DNA from: Macrostomum lignano
Lineage: Eukaryota
Assembly: GCA_002269645.1 (NCBI GenBank)
Contig: NIVC01001035.1
Span: forward strand, 186,001 to 250,000
Direction of reading: 5' to 3'
Length of the DNA: 64,000 nucleotides
Shown here one piece after another: positions 23,031 through 40,310 of the stretch (position 1 is its first letter; each line of letters begins with the position of its first letter). A program made the position numbers and the translations under genes. The notes beneath the pieces were generated by a model that saw only the letters and a program-made list of their open reading frames with translations, was not told the DNA's origin and made no database searches.

Positions 23031-25417
23031 ATGTGCTTGAAGCAGGTCCTCACCTTCGAAGGGCAGGATCTGGTCGAGGACGCCCTCTGGTCACTGCGGC
23101 CTGGCTGGCTGGTCAAATTCAAAAGCGGCCACTCCTGGCAAACCGGGGTCTACATTGGCATCGGATTGCTGAGCATCTCCGAAAATGGCGAGTCGTTTGT
23201 CACGCCACGACAAGAGGAGTGTGATACTGGCAACACCAGTCCGCTGCATCACCTGGTATGTCACCTACCCAGGTGCAGTTCCAGCCGTGAAGGTGTGCTA
23301 GCAATCAAGGACTTTCGAGAATTGGCCGAGAACTCTGAATCCATTAGGGTTTTTGAGTGCAACTGCGACGAGGCTAAGCGGAAGAGCATCATTCGTGCCT
23401 GTCTGACGCGGCTGGGAGAAGTGCGAGTCAATTCCGCCGAACTTTTTGAGCACTTCTCTGCGTGTAGGAAGGGGCAGTGGAAAACAATTTTCACAAATGG
23501 CTTTACTCTGCTTTGCGACGGTTTTAAAAGTCTCATTGGGCAGAGGCCTGCCACTGGAACAGCAAATGACTTGTCATCGGATTTGTGAGTGGGTGAAAAA
23601 TTTTCCTAATCTGGCATCAACTTGGGTCTTTTTAAGATCGGTTTTCTGAGTTTCTGGTGGTGACATCAAAGTCTGAGTAGGACACTGACATCACCAGGGT
23701 CTCAAACATGTAAATGGTGCTTGGGTCATCAGGGGTAGTTTTATAAAGTGCCAAGGTTTCACCATCTTACGTGTACATTTTGCAATTTCGACTCACTAAT
23801 ATCACATGACTATAAGCGATAAACCAATTACAGGCACATCTTTCTGCTGGAAAACACATCTGACTGGGTTGACGCCATTTCTCCAGAAAGCCGCCAGCGA
23901 CTGAGCGACTTCTCTAGAGCGTTGCTGGTTTCACCAAATTATGAAACAGCAAACGGCTTTGAGACATTTCTAAGTTGGATTGCGGGATTTAAAAGTGACA
24001 GTCGTGGCATCGGGACGAAAGCCTTGACAACAACTGCGTCACACTATCTGCGTTCGTTTACCAGCGCCAGGATTTCGCCGAAGTCAAAATGGTCTGGCGC
24101 AGCAGTGCAGTTTGAGAGGCTTAACGACAGTCTACAAGGTACGACCATGATAGTGTGGGTAACGGGTGCAAATGTACATATATGTTTACTTAGCGGGTAA
24201 ATTGTACCCTCTCAACTCTCGTGCCAAACTACATGTACATGTACTGTAGCTACATGTAGCTAGCTGCGTTCGATGCCTTGAGGCTTGAGTCAACCACAAA
24301 CAAAGTGCGGGGTTGTGTGTGTGTGATCGTATCTTTGTCTTGCCACCTCGCTCCTGAACTGTAGCCCAGTGAAATAAATGCGTCAATATATTTAAGGTTC
24401 ATTTTTTACCATACATTAATTCGGCCTATAGTTGATTTTAAGAGCTCGATCATTTTGTCATCTGACATTTCAGGACTCGACTCTTTCTTTAACGAGCTAC
24501 TGAATAGCTCCACCAGAAGGTGACTAATGTTTTCAATAGCTACATGAAATTACATACCAGACATTGCGAGTATGCCATTAGTAAACTAACTTTGCACTTC
24601 TTGTACTCCTAACTTCAGCGAGGAAAATGCTGCAATTGCCGCTCCTGAGAGCGATACTCGCACTACCCGACGCAACCCTCCGTCTCTGGATTGCTACCCG
24701 GTAACGTCTCCGCAAGGATTCTGCGCGGTCATCAACATCAACAACTACGATGACAATACGAACCTTGGCCGCCGCTCCGGATCAGAGCAAGACGTTGCTC
24801 GCATCAGAGAGGTGTTCGGAAAGCTCAACTTTGTGATAGAAGTCAAAGAGGACTTGACGTCACACGAAATCGGCCGTTTTTTGACGAATTTAGCCCACGA
24901 CGAAAGGCTGGAACAGCACGGATGCTTCGTGCTCTTCTTGATGGCGCACGGCTCGAAGCGAGAAATCTTCGGTAGCGATGGAGAGACAATAGACTTAAGC
25001 TACATTGTCAAGTCATTTAGGTCCCCAATTTGCAAGGGCCTGCGAGGTAAGCCCAAGATCATCGTGATTCAGGCTTGCCGAGGCATGCGACTTCAATTCG
25101 GTCAGCGCGGCCCCTTGAGAGATAGCTCGTCGGATAATGGAGAGTTCGGGTGCTACTCTCCTAGGGGCAAAGACTTCTTGGTGTGCTTTGCAAGCGGCGG
25201 AGATACTCCGGCTTTTCGAGATGCAAATACCGGTTCCGACTATGTACAGGCACTGTGCCGCGAGGTTGAGGCGCATTACCAAAGTGAGCACATTGTGGAC
25301 ATTGTCACCCGCGTCAACAATGCAGTTTGGCGAGCTCCGGTGCAGCAGGGAGAATTGCAACTCTACACAGCTCCCGAGTTTACTAGCAGTCTCACGAAGA
25401 AGTACTACTTGAGCTAG
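23031..25417 (+). CDS. Gene A: catalytically dead LRAT-like domain fused to an intact caspase; exons 23031-23584 and 24619-25417 (450 aa)
   Basis: Phase-2 GTGAGT...TTCAG intron joins the exons in frame. Caspase has MAHG and QACRG. The LRAT H-box His is replaced by Gln (WQTGVYIG) and NNCEHF by ELFEHF. Confidence 0.82.
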
Positions 25418-26287
25418 TTGAGATTCAGCTTTATCAACTGGAAACTGATTTAATAAAAAACTACTGCTTTCCCTTCATAGTATTTGAAAGTACCTCCTTC
25501 AGCTAATTATGTTGATTTCTGAGTAATGTGAAGTTGAAAATTAAAATCCATTATCCAATTGAGCTTCATTTTGCCGTATTAACGCTAATTAGTTACCCGA
25601 TCAACTTGACTTGAACGCGTAGTTGATCTTTAAAAAGCAATGCGTTCTTGCTGTATGAAGCGTCTCTTATCAACTACTTAAGATTCACTAAATCATTACC
25701 GCTTTTAAAACAATGCCTGTTATTTTCATGTACGCTACAGTTTGTATTGTAACGCTACCCAGCTGAAAAAAATGCTTAGAACTTTTGTTGCTCCTTTTCT
25801 ACCGCTTTAAAAAAATTTATACATTTTTCCACAATATAATCACTGTATACTTTTGTAGATTATTTATCAAAAAATAACTTTGCACTCTTCCGTAGATCAC
25901 CTGATTTTGCATACGATGTTTTGTTTTTTGAAAAAAAATGTCTACTGAGCAGTTTCCGACGAGTCCACTTGGTCAATTGCCTTGAAAAGCAAAAATGAAA
26001 AAGAATTGTGCGTTTATCTGTTCAAAGACAAGACTATTTTTCTTGCTACAGAGGAATGAAATTCTGCTGTCCTATTGTAGTCGATGTCTGCATAGTTGGA
26101 CATTGTAAACAGCCAGTCCTGCATTGGTGCACTTGTGGCAAACTACGGCAAGTCCTTGGAATTGCCGTGGATTTTTCTTTTAAATTAAAGCATGCACACA
26201 GACTACTCAACTCATCTATCGACGCGTGTACGTTCGGTGAGTTTAAGACATGCGCTACTGCTAAGGCACTTTGCTAACTTTGAAAAA

Positions 26288-29597
<3,310 letters not shown>

Positions 29598-30307
29598 GCT
29601 TTGTGAATTTGCGACTGTTGAGCAATAAACATCGCTACTGCACTTCTGCGGCACGTGACTGAGCTTGACTAGTACGAGCTAATGCTACGCTTCTATTAAA
29701 ATGAATGCCAATGTACTTTAGTAAATGTTCGTAAATGTTACGGCCTAGGGTTGACTTATCAGATATTGTCTAACAGTAAAAAGAAAGTTTTTAAAAATAT
29801 AGCACGTAGCGATAATTACTTTTCTGTCATACTTTAGTTTACTAGCATTGTGGAGATATGAAGAACTTTACTGTTCCTTAGTGTTCAGATCAGTTATTTT
29901 AAATGTAGTATTTATTTGATATATAGACGACTTATGTCAACTATTTTTACTAATTAAAATAGCAGCCTTTACTCCTTCCCTTCAATCAAATACATTGCGC
30001 AATTTCAAAGCAAGCCTGCAAGTTTAGCAGAGTTTGACCCTGGATATTTCGTATAGCTATTAGAACTACTTGGTTTTTACTCATTTAAAAATTAAACTTT
30101 ATTTGCTTCTTTAGCCTTCTCCAAACCAGGTCTTGACCTGTTCCATGCTTCATGCGACAGCAGTTTGTTCTGAGGACCTTATCTAATCAGTATCGAAGAG
30201 AATACAAGAAGACAGGTTGAAGCGTTCCCTAGTCATGTGAGCAGACGCAGCCAATGCATAATTGCTTGGTGCTTGGCAATGCAATTGCTTTGATCGCTCC
30301 GGAGAAA

Positions 30308-32051
30308 ATGTGCGTCGGATTCACCAACGGTTACAAAGACTTCCCGTACTGGAAGGTCAAGGAGGCCCTGGCCGCCATGACCCCGGGCTCGGCCGTCAGC
30401 TTCAACCGGATCGGCTTGTTCCACTTCGCCATCTACCTCGGCCTCGCCTGGCCCAAGGAGACCCTCGACGAGCCGATCCCGCTGGTGTGCCACTTCTCCG
30501 GCGACGCCAGCTCGGAGCCCATGGCCTCGGTGCGGCTGGACGACTTGCGCGAGGTGGTGCAGAACTCCACGGTGCGGGTGTACAAGTGCAGCTGCGAGCC
30601 GGCCAAGCGGATGCGGGTGGTCAGGGAGAGTCTGGCTCGGGTTGGCGAGGAGGGCTACAACCTGGTGACCAACAACTGCGAGCACTTCGTTCGCGACATC
30701 ATCAACAATAGGAAGTTCAGCTACCAGTCCTTCTGGACGTTTGCTGCGCCGCTGGTGCAGCTGCCCCGGCTGCTCATCGGAGCGCCCATCGGCGGATCCA
30801 TCGCTTCGTCGGCCTCGTTGAGCGCCTGCGTTGCCAGCAGTCTGACAAAATTCGCGTAAGACTTCATCAAACCCAGGGACAACTAAAACCCTGGGACCCA
30901 GGTTTTAGTTGTTCCTGATCAAACCGTTTGATTAAACGAGCTTAAACTATTCATTAGTGCTATCCATATACTAAAAATGATCTGTCGGTATATGTGTGTG
31001 TGATCGATTTTAGCAAAAGTGGCTCAACCGATTTTGTTCGAACTTGCACTGTTGCACTTGCACTTGATTAAACGAGCTTAAACTATTCATTAGTGCTATT
31101 AGTTACTAATAGCGATGGACGATAGAGATTCCAGGTGACATTAGATGACTTACTTACTTGACTTAGCTGCAGGGCGGTCCGAAGACGCAGCGGGGAGGCG
31201 AGCGTCGCTCATTCCGCTAGCCCCTGAGAAGTCCGCATAGGCTAGGGCACGGAGCCAGTCAGGGAGGTCTTCCGGCCCCGTCTGTAGCGTTGTCTTCAGT
31301 GGGGAAGACGGAGGCTCGTTTGGTAGCTCGGAGGAACTTGATGAGTCGTTGGATGTTCTCAGGCCGGCAAGCGTCGTCCAGAGACGGGTTGGGCCCGAGG
31401 TGGTTGAGCCGGTCTCGGTTGCAGGCCGGGCAGTAGCAGAAGAAATGCTTGGCGTCTTCGTTCTCGAAGTTGCAAAAGCGGCAGAGTTCGTTCCGTCGAA
31501 CGCCTCGGAGGAACCGTGGACGTCTGGCAAAGCAACCGTGACCTGTGAAGGTCATAGTGAAAGCGCGGATATCTTTTCGATTTTGGTTCAAAGGATTCTT
31601 CGCAGCTTGAGTGACGGGCAGGGCATGCCGCCCATTAGATGACAATCATGAGCCTTGTCTTTCTTTCAGAGCAAGACATTTATTGCCTCCCAACCGTCTC
31701 TGCAGCTCCTTAGGTCTCATCAATCCCGACATGGATCTCCTCGAGATCTCACTCTCGGGCTCCTCTGGTCTGTCAGCATCCGTTGACGTGAATCCCTGCT
31801 GCACCAAGGTGTACACTGGGCCAAACCAGAGCATCGAGCAGGAGCTGTACCACTGCCTCACCTGCGGCATCACCGGTAGCAGGGTCGTGTGCCGGGCCTG
31901 CGTGTTCATGTGCCACACCGACTGCGACACCAGGTGCTTCAATGACGGTCCAGGATTTTGCGACTGCCAGCACCAAATGTGCCTGGTCAGTTCGGAAGCA
32001 GCTCCATTCGACGAGCCCACTGAGTCTGCGGAATCTGTTGTAAATAGCTGA
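30308..32051 (+). CDS. Gene C: LRAT plus UBR-box-like zinc finger; exons 30308-30855 and 31706-32051
   Basis: FHFAIYLG, VCH and NNCEHF. Phase-2 GTAAG...GCAG intron. Exon 2 reads CTKVYTG..YHCLTC..VCRACVFMCH..FCDC, matching the UBR4/UBR7/FBXO11-type UBR-box pattern. Confidence 0.85.
30964..31063 (+). mobile_element. Short Helentron/HINE-like fragment flanked by a 36-bp direct repeat
   Basis: ATACTAAAAATG...GTGTGTGT...GGCTCAACCGATTTTG resembles non-autonomous Helentron 5' ends. A related reverse copy lies at ~33400-33530. Confidence 0.45.
31150..31632 (-). mobile_element. 5'-truncated LINE 3' end in the gene C intron
   Basis: 11-bp TSD CATTAGATGAC (31139-31149 and 31633-31643). (TAAG)n tail. 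Encodes TGHG...CRFCNFENEDAKHFFCYC, a LINE C-terminal CCHC region. Confidence 0.88.
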
Positions 32052-32684
32052 CCGTGTTTGGATATACCGAGCCAATTTTAACAAAACTGGGCAGTGTCGA
32101 AGCTGCTATTCCATGCACACTGATTGCAAAAACTTTCATTTAGAAATCTCGCTTCGTTTTTTACTGTTAACAGGTGCGTGTACGACTTATTTAAGTGAAT
32201 ATGCGTAATGTTTCATTCGCTGATCTACTGCTCGATTCCTGCTTGAAGTGTTTGTAATTAAAGATCCATACAAAACATACATTGTTACATTATACTATGC
32301 TCCTCTAAACAAAATGAGTGATATAAATATAAGCAGAGTCAGTTTTCTATTCTTAGCCCTCACTTCTCTGTAATTGACGGGAAAATGAACCAAAAATATT
32401 TTCGTTTGGATGTTCAAAAATAAGCATGACACAGCAAGAACGAATGCTATTTTCATATTCCTTGTTCGCGAGAAGAAAGACGTGCGTGCTGGCATTTAAA
32501 GACATCTCGTAGTAAATTTCCAAGAAATTCCTCGAAAAATTTGCATTATCTTACTTGAATAAACTTTACTCTATTTAAGCGTACTAGCAATAGAAAAGTC
32601 TGATCCTTCTGGCTTATTTTAACTTTGCTGTCAGCCAAGCACCCTGTCTAAGACTTTAACCTACCCGAAATTAGGAAACGCGCG

Positions 32685-34271
32685 ATGTGCCTGGACTCAT
32701 TGGAGAGTCGCTGCGAGGGCGATGGTCAACTCTGTAGGGACTTCGGCACAACGGAGGCTGGATTGGCGCGAGCGCTCATCGAAGCATCGCCAGGCTCAAT
32801 CGTCAGCTTTGTGCTCCGGCCCAATCGATCATCTGGAGATCTGATCTGCCATCGACATTTCGGAATCTATCTTGGTCATGCATGGATTGCCAAGTACCAC
32901 CAGGCTCTGGTTTGCCACAGTTACAAAAATCGACTGACAGTGTCGAATTTTCGCGACTTGGCTGAGCTGTCAACGGAAATCCGAGTTTACAAGTGCGACT
33001 GTGACGATGACCGCGACCGCTTTGTTGCTGAGTGCTTCCGCCAGTACGGTAGCTCGCCTGAGGGTACCTGTCTCGCTAGTATCAAACGGATTGTTTCGCC
33101 TGAAAGCACGAAAGAGCCAACGGCTGTTACCAAAGGATGGTTCAAGCGACTGCTGTCGAGGTATGGACCATCGGTTCTCTCGAATTCTGGACTTTTTAAA
33201 TGGCGTCTTGGTGCTCCGGCGCTGCCGAAGACTGATGAACCGCATTGCGCTGTCCTCGACGGGCTGCTCGATTCACTGGCTGGCTTGGATGAAAACTGGT
33301 AAAGACTGAAGTGCAGTTGGATATCTATTTTCTGTTTTTTGTCTATGGTATTCTATGGGATTAATACATCCACTAGGTAACCTATACGATAAAAGCATTC
33401 AAGACCAGTAACACAAGTAAATCTATTGTATCTATTAAAACTTGTTTCATCAAAATTGGCCCAGTAGTTTCGGAGGAGATATGAAACGCACATTACATAC
33501 AAACAGCGCGTCACTTTTAGTATATTGAGTGTTCTCACACAGCCTTTTGCGACCTTACAGAACTACCTGAAGACGTACAACCTGTAGTCTTCAAGTGCCA
33601 AAAGTTTTGATTCGTCAATCTTTTCAGAGATCTATGGGGTCTTACCAAAATCGCATGCCGAAATTTGCCCGCATAAGATTTCCGAATGCCCTGAATATTT
33701 TCTATTTGGCATTAGCTACAGAGGGGGACACTCTGTATACAGGGGTGAGGGTCATTTACAGACTTTAGTAGCAACTACAAATTGAAATGATCCCTGGGAC
33801 TGCTGCTGGAAGGTTGCCAATAACCTTCTTTAGAAGGCAGGCATTCAGGCAGATACATGTAAACTTCCTGTCGTCAAAGTTTTGCAAAACGATCCACAGA
33901 GTCTTTCTTCTAAACCATTTCGCAGTCTCATCGGCCTACTGAGCTCAAAGTTGGACATGCTTGAGGTCACTCTACACAGACAGCAAGTGGTCAGCTCTGC
34001 CAGCCCTAGCACTGCCATCCGCATCAGCAATCGCTGCACTCGAGACTTCACGGGTGAGGATGCCCAGGCTCACCAGGAGTTGCACGAGTGCCTCACCTGC
34101 GGCATCCGCGACGATCAAGCGATCTGCAAGCGCTGCGCAGAAGTGTGCCACGCCAATTGCTGCACCCAGAGGCTCAACGTGGATAAAGCTCGAGAAGTGA
34201 CAGGGTACTGCGACTGTACACATGACTGCTCACCCGAGCTCAAGCAGGATTCCCATCGGAACCGATCCTAA
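32685..34271 (+). CDS. Gene D: divergent LRAT plus UBR-box-like finger; exons 32685-33298 and 33926-34271
   Basis: RHFGIYLG and VCH are kept. The NC motif has diverged to GTCLASI. Phase-2 intron. Exon 2 reads CTRDFTG..ECLTC..ICKRCAEVCH..YCDC. Confidence 0.8.
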
Positions 34272-35323
34272 ATGTTGGCATGAGTTGATTCCATTCGAAG
34301 AAACGTATTACATGTACCATCAACCATGTATAAAATATCATTTAAATACGCTCGTACATTGGTCTCTACTGTTATGCCTACGTGATCGTTAATTTTGCTT
34401 ATATAAAAGTAATGTCGCACGGATTAGAACAGTGAGGCATCGACAATTCAAGTTAGGATGAATCACATTGGCCACTATAATTCCGAGTGCTTACTCGTCA
34501 TCGCTCGCATTACTATATAAACCTAAACCCATTGGTGATAATCTCTTTCCACTCGTGTTCACTGTTAATTTCCCATTCACATCCATTAAGAAAGTCAATT
34601 AGTTTCTGCACCTGCCGTGGCTAATATGTAACTAAAACCTGTGACAAAAATTGTTTTTACTTGCGCCATTTTTTACTTTAGTACCTGCCGACATGCGGTT
34701 TATCTCTTCTCTTTCTTAAATATTGCTGTTACGTACATTAGTATTGAGTATGCACTACCCGACCTGGGGTCGCTGACAAATATGTAATTTTACATTACAT
34801 CGACGTTCAGCCGACGTTTGACGACTTTTATTGCTGTACGGGGTGTGTTGTTTTGTACAATTCCATTAAATACTATTCCTAATACAACTAATATGTTTAG
34901 CTAATAAAAGCATCATTTGCATTCGCAAGCGAGAAGCCATTAAAATACAAAGCATACAAGAGATTAATAAACGACATAAACTAGCTGCATGGATCTCTCT
35001 CATTGTGGCGTGGACGTACGCTCGCAGCCAGCCAGAAAAAAATTCAAGGGTGTAAAAAGACCTGTTGAAAAATACGCGTACATATTAAAACAGTGTGGAC
35101 TTGCTAATTCTCGTAATGAAACGTTAATATAGAGCGTTTGAGATAAAAATAGAATGACGGTTAGAGAGAGTGTACAGAGAATGCGTACAGCTCGTAAAGA
35201 TAAGTGTACAGCGAAGCAAGTTCTGTCGCTTACAAGAAGCCGCAATTTTCCAGACTGTGGTTTGCTGTCGCTAATGCCCCCCGCAACATTTTGTAGAATT
35301 CGTTAATTCTAGCTAAATTAGCT

Positions 35324-38300
35324 ATGCTGCCTCCAGCTAAAAAGAAATCAAGAAAGCGAATACCTTCAGAAGTCTATGAAGACTTTATGATGGCCATTGT
35401 GACCAATGACACTGAAATTATTGACGAGTTCTTGAAGATTAAGCCACCACTCGACAAAAGAGTGTCATTTCTAGACGACAGTATGACACCCCTGACGCTC
35501 ACGTGTCTTCTCGGGAAGCCAGAAATTCTAAGAAAGCTAATTAAGGCCAACGCTGACGTCGACGTAAAAGAACTTAACGACACTTCGCCACTGTACGTTG
35601 CTGCTCAAGAAGGACACGACAAGATCGCGGACCTTCTAATTGAAGCGCAAGCGGAAATCGACTTCCAAAGCGCGGACGGGACTTCACCTCTTTACCTGGC
35701 TTCGCAGCACGGCCATCACAGAGTGGTGAGGTCGCTCATCGAAGCTCAGGCAAGTGTCGATTTACGAAGAAGCAACGGAGCATCGGCGCTGTGTATTGCG
35801 GCCCAGAACGGGCATCGGCTCGTGACCGACTTGCTGATCAGAGCTCAGGCGGATGTCAACATTCGGGCGGACAATAGCACAACACCTTTGTACATAGCTT
35901 CGCACAACGGCCACCATCTCATCGTTGAATTGCTGCTCAAGGCTCGGGCCGATCCAAACCTGCTACACTCTGACGGTACTTTTCCACTGTACGTTGCCGC
36001 TTACAATGGTCACTATCAAGTGGTTTCACTGATAGTCGATGCCGGCGCGGAAGTCAATCTGCGAGACAGTCAAGGCTGTTCCTCGTTGATCATCGCCTCA
36101 CAAAATGGTCACCGGCAAGTAGTAGATGTGCTCATTTCCGCAAACGTCGATGTCAATCTTCCAGCTAACAATGGCGCAACGCCGATCTACATGGCCTCGC
36201 AGGAAGGTCATAAGCAAGTGGTCGACGTGCTTATCAAAGCACAGGCTGATATAAACCTTTTAGCGAATGGCGATGCTTCGCCAATTTATACGGCAGCTCA
36301 GGAGGGTCACGACCAAGTGGTTGACTCCCTTATCCATGCGAATGCCGATGTCAATTTTCAGAGGAGCAATGGCCAATCGCTTCTATTTATTGCCGCGCAG
36401 GAGGGTCACGAGAAGGTTGTGGAATTGCTTCTGAAATCGGGCGCAGACCCCGACCTACCAACTGGCAACGGTTGGTTGCCTCTGCACGCAGCTTGCAAAC
36501 AAGGTCACCACATGGTCGCTGATCTTCTTATCAAAGCCCAGTCTGATATTAATCACTTGGCTCAAGGCAGCCTGTCGCCTCTGCTATTGGCTATTGAACA
36601 AGGTCACAGCAGAGTTGTAGAGCTACTCATCAAAGCGCAAGCCGAAGTCGACCTAACAATCTCAACAGGAGTATCCCTTTTCGAAGTGGCTAAAATGCTG
36701 GGTCATGACCGAGTGACAGCACTACTTCAGGAAGCAACCGCGAGTTCCACGGCGTCGTCTGAGACCCTTCAGGCAAACGAATTAAAGAATTCAAAGTAAC
36801 AAAGGGTTTTTTTATTTCGTCAACTACTTTGAAGTACTACTTATTTTAGATAGCAAAAGCTTAAAATTTACACTAATGTTACTCTTCAGACAAGCGCTAG
36901 AGGACGTTCAATTGAGCTTGGAACTAAACTCAACCCTTACTAAGGCAGGGTTTGTGAGCTCCCGAGCTGCAATGCAGAGCGTATTGGCTGACGTTCTTCA
37001 AGAGATTCTTCGAAAGCGATGGAATGGTGGCCAAATCTTCGTAGTTGGAAGCTACTCTGAAGGCTGGGGAAACAGTCTAAAAACGTTGGACGGCAGACCC
37101 GATGTAGAGTCCGACATAGACGTGATGAGGCTCATAGATGGGAGACTTTACCACCTGAATTACCGGTGCAACTGCTCCGAAGATGAGAAACTATTGGTGA
37201 ACTACGAGAATGGGCACATATTTTGTCCTGGATATGGTCTGTGCTAATTTGTTCATCATGTAAAAATCAACTTGCCTCACCGGTCTTAATGCGCCCGTTT
37301 ATGTTTGCTTTCAGCTTCAACTCCCGCGAACCCGACAACCGGCTCCAATCTGAGGCCAGCTGTGGACGAAGTGAGCGGCGTTCGGCTCTGCTGCTACCCC
37401 CTCATCGCACCTCTGCTTACGCAGAGACTCGAAGACTCCCAAATCCCCGGCTCGGTTTTAAGTGCTCTTCAACAGGAACTAACCTCGTCGCCATGTCACG
37501 TGGTACACGCCGCACCGCCCGGACACGCTGGTGAGCAGCTCCGGTTGAGCACAACTTTTTTAGAGAGGCGCCTGTTGCGAAGTCTCAGCACTCTACAAGG
37601 TCAGCTCTTTGTTACCATCAAGTACATAGTAAAAAAGGTCATTTGTCACAAAGAAGGCTTCAATGCGGCGGGTTTGAAGGCGTATCACATGAAAACAATT
37701 ACGTTTCGAATGCTCGAGCGAACACCAAGAGAGATCTGGAAGCCGGAGAACTTAGTATTCCTCATCAGAGAGTCCCTGCTCATGCTGATTAATGACGTGA
37801 GAAACGGCTGCACACCTCAGAATACAGATGGTCGAATCATGGATCACTTTTTCCTATGCGACGCCGCGCTCTACCTCAAAGGTGTCGATCGCAGCCAGTC
37901 GATGCTGCAGACTTTGGAAGCAACAATCCAAGTCTTGGAAGAAGTGACAGCGAATTTGCCTCAGTTTATACTGAAGTTTATAAAAAGTTTGAAACCAGTC
38001 AGCGACTCAGGAAGATTCTACTTTCATCCCTTCCTCATCTTGCCGTATCTTAACCAAAATCCCATTCCACTATCTGGGAGAATTGAGTACCACGAAATTT
38101 ACGATGTCGTCCGAAAATCATTGCTTTGCCTGACCCACGACGGCAGCAGCTATCAGTCGCAACTGTATCTCACAGAGATTATCGCTAGGCTACCAGACAG
38201 TGCCCGCACAACCCGTGAGGTTCTCAGAGCGCTGGCGTGTCTAAAGTTCGGATACAAGGACTCTGCCAAGAAGATAATAAAGTACACCAGGTCCTTCAAG

Positions 38301-38825
38301 GTGAGCCGAGGCTTTGATTTACAAGCGGAGGACCTTTTAGCTGCCGAAGCGACTCCGGAGAAAGTGTGGAATCATCTGAGAACTCAAGATTCTGCCTGGA
38401 AATTCAACTTTCATTTTGAGACGAGGCCAGAATTTCAGTTTCTTCCCGAGCTCTGGGCCGCCTGCTTCCCAACTCAGACGCTGAATTTTGACACCTGCTT
38501 TTACATCAACTTTGATGCCATGCTGCAAAGCATGCGCTTTCAACTGTTAGTGGACGAGGAGGAGACGACTGTCCAGTCTTGGATCCGTGATGTGGCCGGG
38601 CGGGAGGACGCCGACGAGCAGGAAGTGACGGTGGCGCTGCTCTGCTTGCGCGATGAAGCATTGTTCAAACCATTGCTGGACCGAGCGCAGTGGTTTCCGG
38701 CAGGAATTCCTAAGAGGATCCTTGAGGAGCTGAAGGCTAGATTTCGAGAGGACAATTGGAACGACTCTAGCCAATGGGGTCTTCAGCAGCTAAACCAAAT
38801 TTTAGAACGCTTGCTTCTTCGCTAA
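35324..38825 (+). CDS. Gene E: 13 ankyrin repeats plus a Mab-21/cGAS-like nucleotidyltransferase (cGLR); exons 35324-36795, 36890-37236, 37315-38825 (1109 aa)
   Basis: Ankyrin consensus (SPLYVAAQEGH) recurs 13 times. NTase GSYSEG...ESDIDVM, with a probable third Asp in VDEVSG. Mab-21 C-lobe motifs AYHMKTITF, WKPENL and DHFF. Both introns are phase-compatible. Confidence 0.85.
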
Positions 38826-40310
38826 ATATTACAAGCTAATAATGCTACAATTCAGATAAACTCCACGACATCAGACTTTAAAAAAGATTCTGACAAACTG
38901 AATGAAATACATGAATGATTACAACTGAAAAATTATCTGAGTTCCATAGTACAATTGCAAAGCAGTTTTTTAACACCGAGTTCTAATTCGGTACTATCAG
39001 TAGCAGTATTTGAATGTTTTACGAGTGCAAGGGGAAAAATATAAAGTTGTGGCTGCTAAGAGAAAATATTTCTGACCAATGTGAAGCCTCAGGACAGTTG
39101 AATGTCATGTCAGAGACATGAGTGTCGATCATGTCTGTGATGGATTTTGCTAGAATTTCTATGAGCATTATGTCTCTACCTTCTTGAGTCATTAGGTAAA
39201 CTACTTTATCATCTGCAGTAAGGTTTTTAAAATTCGAAACTTTCTCCGAGATTTCCTGCTCACATTTACAACGGAGTGTGCTACCAAGGTTCCGACTACA
39301 CTTCTACCCCACATGGCGCTTTGGACAGGTCCTGTTCTCGTAAGAGATCCTTGGTCTCGCAGTCCTTAGATATTGTTTCACAGGCCAGTTTATGGTTTTT
39401 TAATCTAAACTGTTAGGGTTTAAAATCTGGATTTCAAGATTCTGGATTTATAATTTCAAGAACATACTTTTCGATTGAGTAGCGCTATTTGAACCTGAGG
39501 CAGTGACATTTTTGCAGAGTTCTCTACTCTTTGTCTCCAGTGTGTCTCCAGTATCGTGTGCATTCTACTGAAGTGTAATTCATATAGATATTTCTACGAG
39601 GCATAAAGAAATCATATGCATTTCTAGTTAACCACAACAAGCGGCTGTTATAGTTCAAATAACGTAGGTTTTTCTTTTTACTATTTTACGAGACGTTCCT
39701 TAATCACCCAACCCACTGTTGGCACCACCCTCATTTAGGACTTTAATGCAATAAAAACACTGTTTAGTTTATAATCTTTTAACAGCTATTATTTTTATCG
39801 TAAATCCTTGATTTACCAGACAACTACATTCGCGAACTTGACTTTAGTTTAACCAAGTCTGCGTATACTTTGCTATCGCTGTAAATCATTCTCCTTATCT
39901 ACGAGCGTAACTCCGCAGAGAAGAAATGGACGCCCGCCCTAAGTCACTCGCTGTGTACACCGCAACCTGTGCCTCATTCACACCGTATGTGGGCTTTTAA
40001 AGGCGTCTAACTCACGCCTGCTTGCTCTCTGGTGTGCATGCACGTTTCTAAGGTGAAGTTCGTGAAAATTTCTGTCCTATAATTGTTGATTTGCAGGGAC
40101 TATACTTTTGCAAACCCAAGATAAAGGCTCTAGCAAATTTTGATAAAGCGAACTCAAAATACTCGCTAGCAAGTGTTGAGTCAAGGGCATTGTTGATCAA
40201 GCGTTCTGACTCAAGATTTCATCAGAACTATTTTATTCTTTGAAAACGAAAAGCGTACAGCCAGCCAACAAAGATCAAAGAGCTTTAGCCTGGAGTCTAC
40301 CTGTAATGTC

